From Tubulanus polymorphus (taxonomy: Eukaryota > Animalia > Nemertea): a stretch of 64,000 nucleotides of DNA. Positions 61,297-64,000 of the stretch are shown here, one piece after another. Both the position numbers and the translations under genes were made by a program. The notes under the pieces were generated by a model, which saw only the letters and a list, made by a program, of their open reading frames with translations, ran no database searches and was not told the origin of the DNA. The stretch covers positions 10,032,275 to 10,096,274 of the forward strand of contig NC_134032.1 of the NCBI RefSeq assembly GCF_964204645.1. Direction: 5' to 3'. How positions within the stretch are numbered: position 1 is the stretch's first letter; every line of letters starts with the position of its first letter.

Positions 61297-64000
61297 GAAT
61301 ACGAATACGAATACGAATACGAATACGAATATTTATTTACACTCCAACCATTTCCATGGTATATGGAGGAAAAACAGTATTTACAATAATTACATAAACA
61401 GTAGATAAAAGCTACAAAACTTAATTCACACTTATGTACATAATATACTATTTACTATTTACAATACATCTATTTACAATACATATACATGTACTACCGG
61501 AGGGATTTATGTACATCTAGACCTATTTTGATGAATTTAGCCATATTTAAAGTTGGATTTTTTAATACATCTAAGTTCCGAAAGGTATTTATATCTAAGT
61601 GGTTTTCACGGAGTTCGGTTAGCAAATTACAATCGAAAATAAAATGTACTTCGTCTCCTAAAACGTTGCAGGCGGGGCATAATCTATCGGTTCTGTGTAA
61701 ATGAAGGTTTGATAATCTATTTACAGGTAGGAGATAAGACCCAATCCTGAACTGGAATAGACTGGTCACTAAATCGTCATCAAGCTGATTAATATAGTTT
61801 TCAAATTTGATATCCTTCTTATATTGCCTAAAATCTATCTCTTGTACGTGCTGGTCTCGGAGTACACATTTTAATTTCTTTGAGAGTGTCATAGAGTTAA
61901 CCATTAATTGCTGCGTCCAAATATATGATAGACCGCAGTCATCAAATAACAGCCAGGGGCTCTTAAACCTGTCATTAACATATAAATTGAGAGATATTTT
62001 ATAAAGGATTGAACTTAGTTTAGTTTGCTTGCACGATACCGTTTTAGCCCAAAAATTGATCATTCTACGTTTTACTTCAATATACATAGGATAACGCCCT
62101 AGCTCTGCCAGCACTTGCACATTATGGGAATACTTCGTAACTTTCATAATAATTTTACAGAATAAGCAGTGGAGGTTTTCTAGTAAATCGAGATTCTCAT
62201 AACCCCAGATTTCGCAGCCGTATAGAGCTACAGGAGCGACACACATGTCAAATAGTTTAAGCATTACATCTATCGGAAGTTTCAAACGTCTACCCTTCTG
62301 AATAATAGAAAACATGGCTCTCATAGCTTTATCATAAAGATATTTTTTTGCTTTAGCGAAACTGCCATTCCAGTTGGATTTTACTCCAAGATACAAATAA
62401 CCTTCAACTACCACTAACTCTTGGTTACCAAACATAAATTTTCTTGAAATTTTCTTGATCCTACTTTTACTTCTAGCGAAGACTAATATTTTAGTTTTAT
62501 CAACATTCACTGAAAGGCCATTGTCGGCGCAATATTCAAATAGTGTCTCTAAATGTAACTGGAGAGATTTTTCATCTTCAGCAAGAATAACTGTGTCATC
62601 CGCATACAGGACAATGAATAGATTAAGTAAAGTCCCTAGTTCTGGATCACAATTCAGATTCAGTTTTTCAATAAACGACAAAGTTGGATTACTGCGCGTG
62701 AAAAAAAAACTCTTTAATATCGTTTAGAAATAGGGAAAATAGAATTGGTGATAAGTTTTCATCTTGTGGCAAGCCTCTATCTGCAGCAAAGTATTGTGAT
62801 GTGTTACCGTTAAATTTAACACATGACTTAACGGAGTTATAAATATTTTCAACTATATTTAAGAAATTCCCCTTTATGCTACTATCGATTAATTTTCTCC
62901 ATAATGTAACTCGACAAACCGAGTCAAAAGCCTTCTTAAAATCAACAAAGGCGCAAAAAAGTCTCCTTCCCTGACAAAGGTACAATTCGACAATAGTTTT
63001 CAATGTATAAATGTGATCAATAGTTGAATATTTTGGTCTAAAACCGGCTTGGACCTCGCTAATCATATCATTTGAATCTAGGAAAGCTGACAGTCTATGA
63101 TTAAGTATACTGGCTAGTAAACAATTTACCTAAACAACTAACAAACGTAATGCCTCGATAATTATCAGGATTAGTGGGGTCGCCTTTCTTCTTAAAAATA
63201 GGTTTGATTACTCCTACGGACCATGTTTCTGGAACATGTCCAGTTTTAGATACTAGATTGAATAGGTTTTGTAGTATGTTAACCAAACAGGGATAACGGC
63301 TAAATTTTAATAACTCATTAGTGATTCCATCGATACCAGAAGCCTTATTGTTTTTTAAGAAAGAGATAGCTTTAGTTACTTCATCGACAGTTATGTCGCA
63401 GTTAAGAATATGATTGTCATAGACAGGAGGTTCATCATCCGTATGTTCTACATGATCGTTTATTCCGTTTGCATCGTTTAAATCATTTAGTTGCATAAAA
63501 TGTTCGAAGAAGATATCAATATCAATATTAGCATTACTGTCTTTTGCACCAGTCGCGGAATTTAGAATCGCCCAGTACTTTTTCGGATTATTGATTTCGC
63601 AATCTCTTAGTTCTTTGATAAAAGCTTCTTTTTGTTTTTTCTTACTTTCTCGGATAATTCTTTTGTATTTCTTGGATGAGTTTTTAAGAGCGTCAAAGTT
63701 AGAAGGGGTTGGACGGCCCCTATAACGGCTTTTCCTATAATTATATTCTTTACGCGCATCCCTACAGCTCCGGCCATACCACTTATTACGAACTGGGGTT
63801 CTACGACTCCTACTTTTCCTGTGATACATCAAATCACATTCTTCTGCACTTTCTAACAAGGAAGATACAAATCTATCAGTGAGCTCATTTATATAGTTCG
63901 GAGACTGGCTAACTAGGTCCTGTAGTCCATTCAAAAGTAGATCATTAAGGCCAATATCACATAATTTAGATTCAACTTTCATGAAAAACTGATCCGATCT
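61297..64000 (-). mobile_element. Degenerate non-LTR retrotransposon (RT domain plus C-terminal CCHC motif; RTE-X-like, tentative), running off the window end
   Basis: NYRGIT, QAGFRP, FVDFKKAFDSV, LSPILF and LYADD motifs split over 3 ORFs by frameshifts near 63100 and 62690. AATAAA at 61337-61332 followed by an (ATTCGT)n tail at 61330-61297. Confidence 0.93.

Overview
Eukaryotic (animal, probably invertebrate) genomic DNA with spliced genes that the ORF track mostly misses. Main result: a cluster of secreted cystine-knot (ICK/knottin) toxin-like genes. (1) Gene B (22994-28899, +) has 11 coding exons and 338 aa: signal peptide, a long acidic pro-region with 15 dibasic sites built from symmetric phase-2 micro-exons, and a 64-aa, 12-Cys double-knot mature peptide. 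(2) Paralog A ends in a terminal exon at 18323-18617 encoding a 68-aa double knot, followed by the decayed relic of a third knot. Its pro-region exons are multiplied by a ~4.875-kb near-identical tandem array (1-~15710), and every unit also carries a Polinton/Maverick fragment (truncated integrase with chromodomain, A32-like packaging ATPase, small ORFs). (3) A two-exon, 55-aa signal peptide + single knottin gene (57492-56936, -) sits inside a GPCR cluster and is absent from the ORF track. Also present: a secreted Ser/Glu-rich protein gene with tandemly duplicated exons (31860-~35059), an intronless-CDS DHHC palmitoyltransferase (48539-49726), three intronless class A GPCRs plus a relic, several MITE/HINE-type elements and a degenerate non-LTR retrotransposon (61297-64000). 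All gene models were read by eye from splice signals and frame continuity. No database search or expression data were available.
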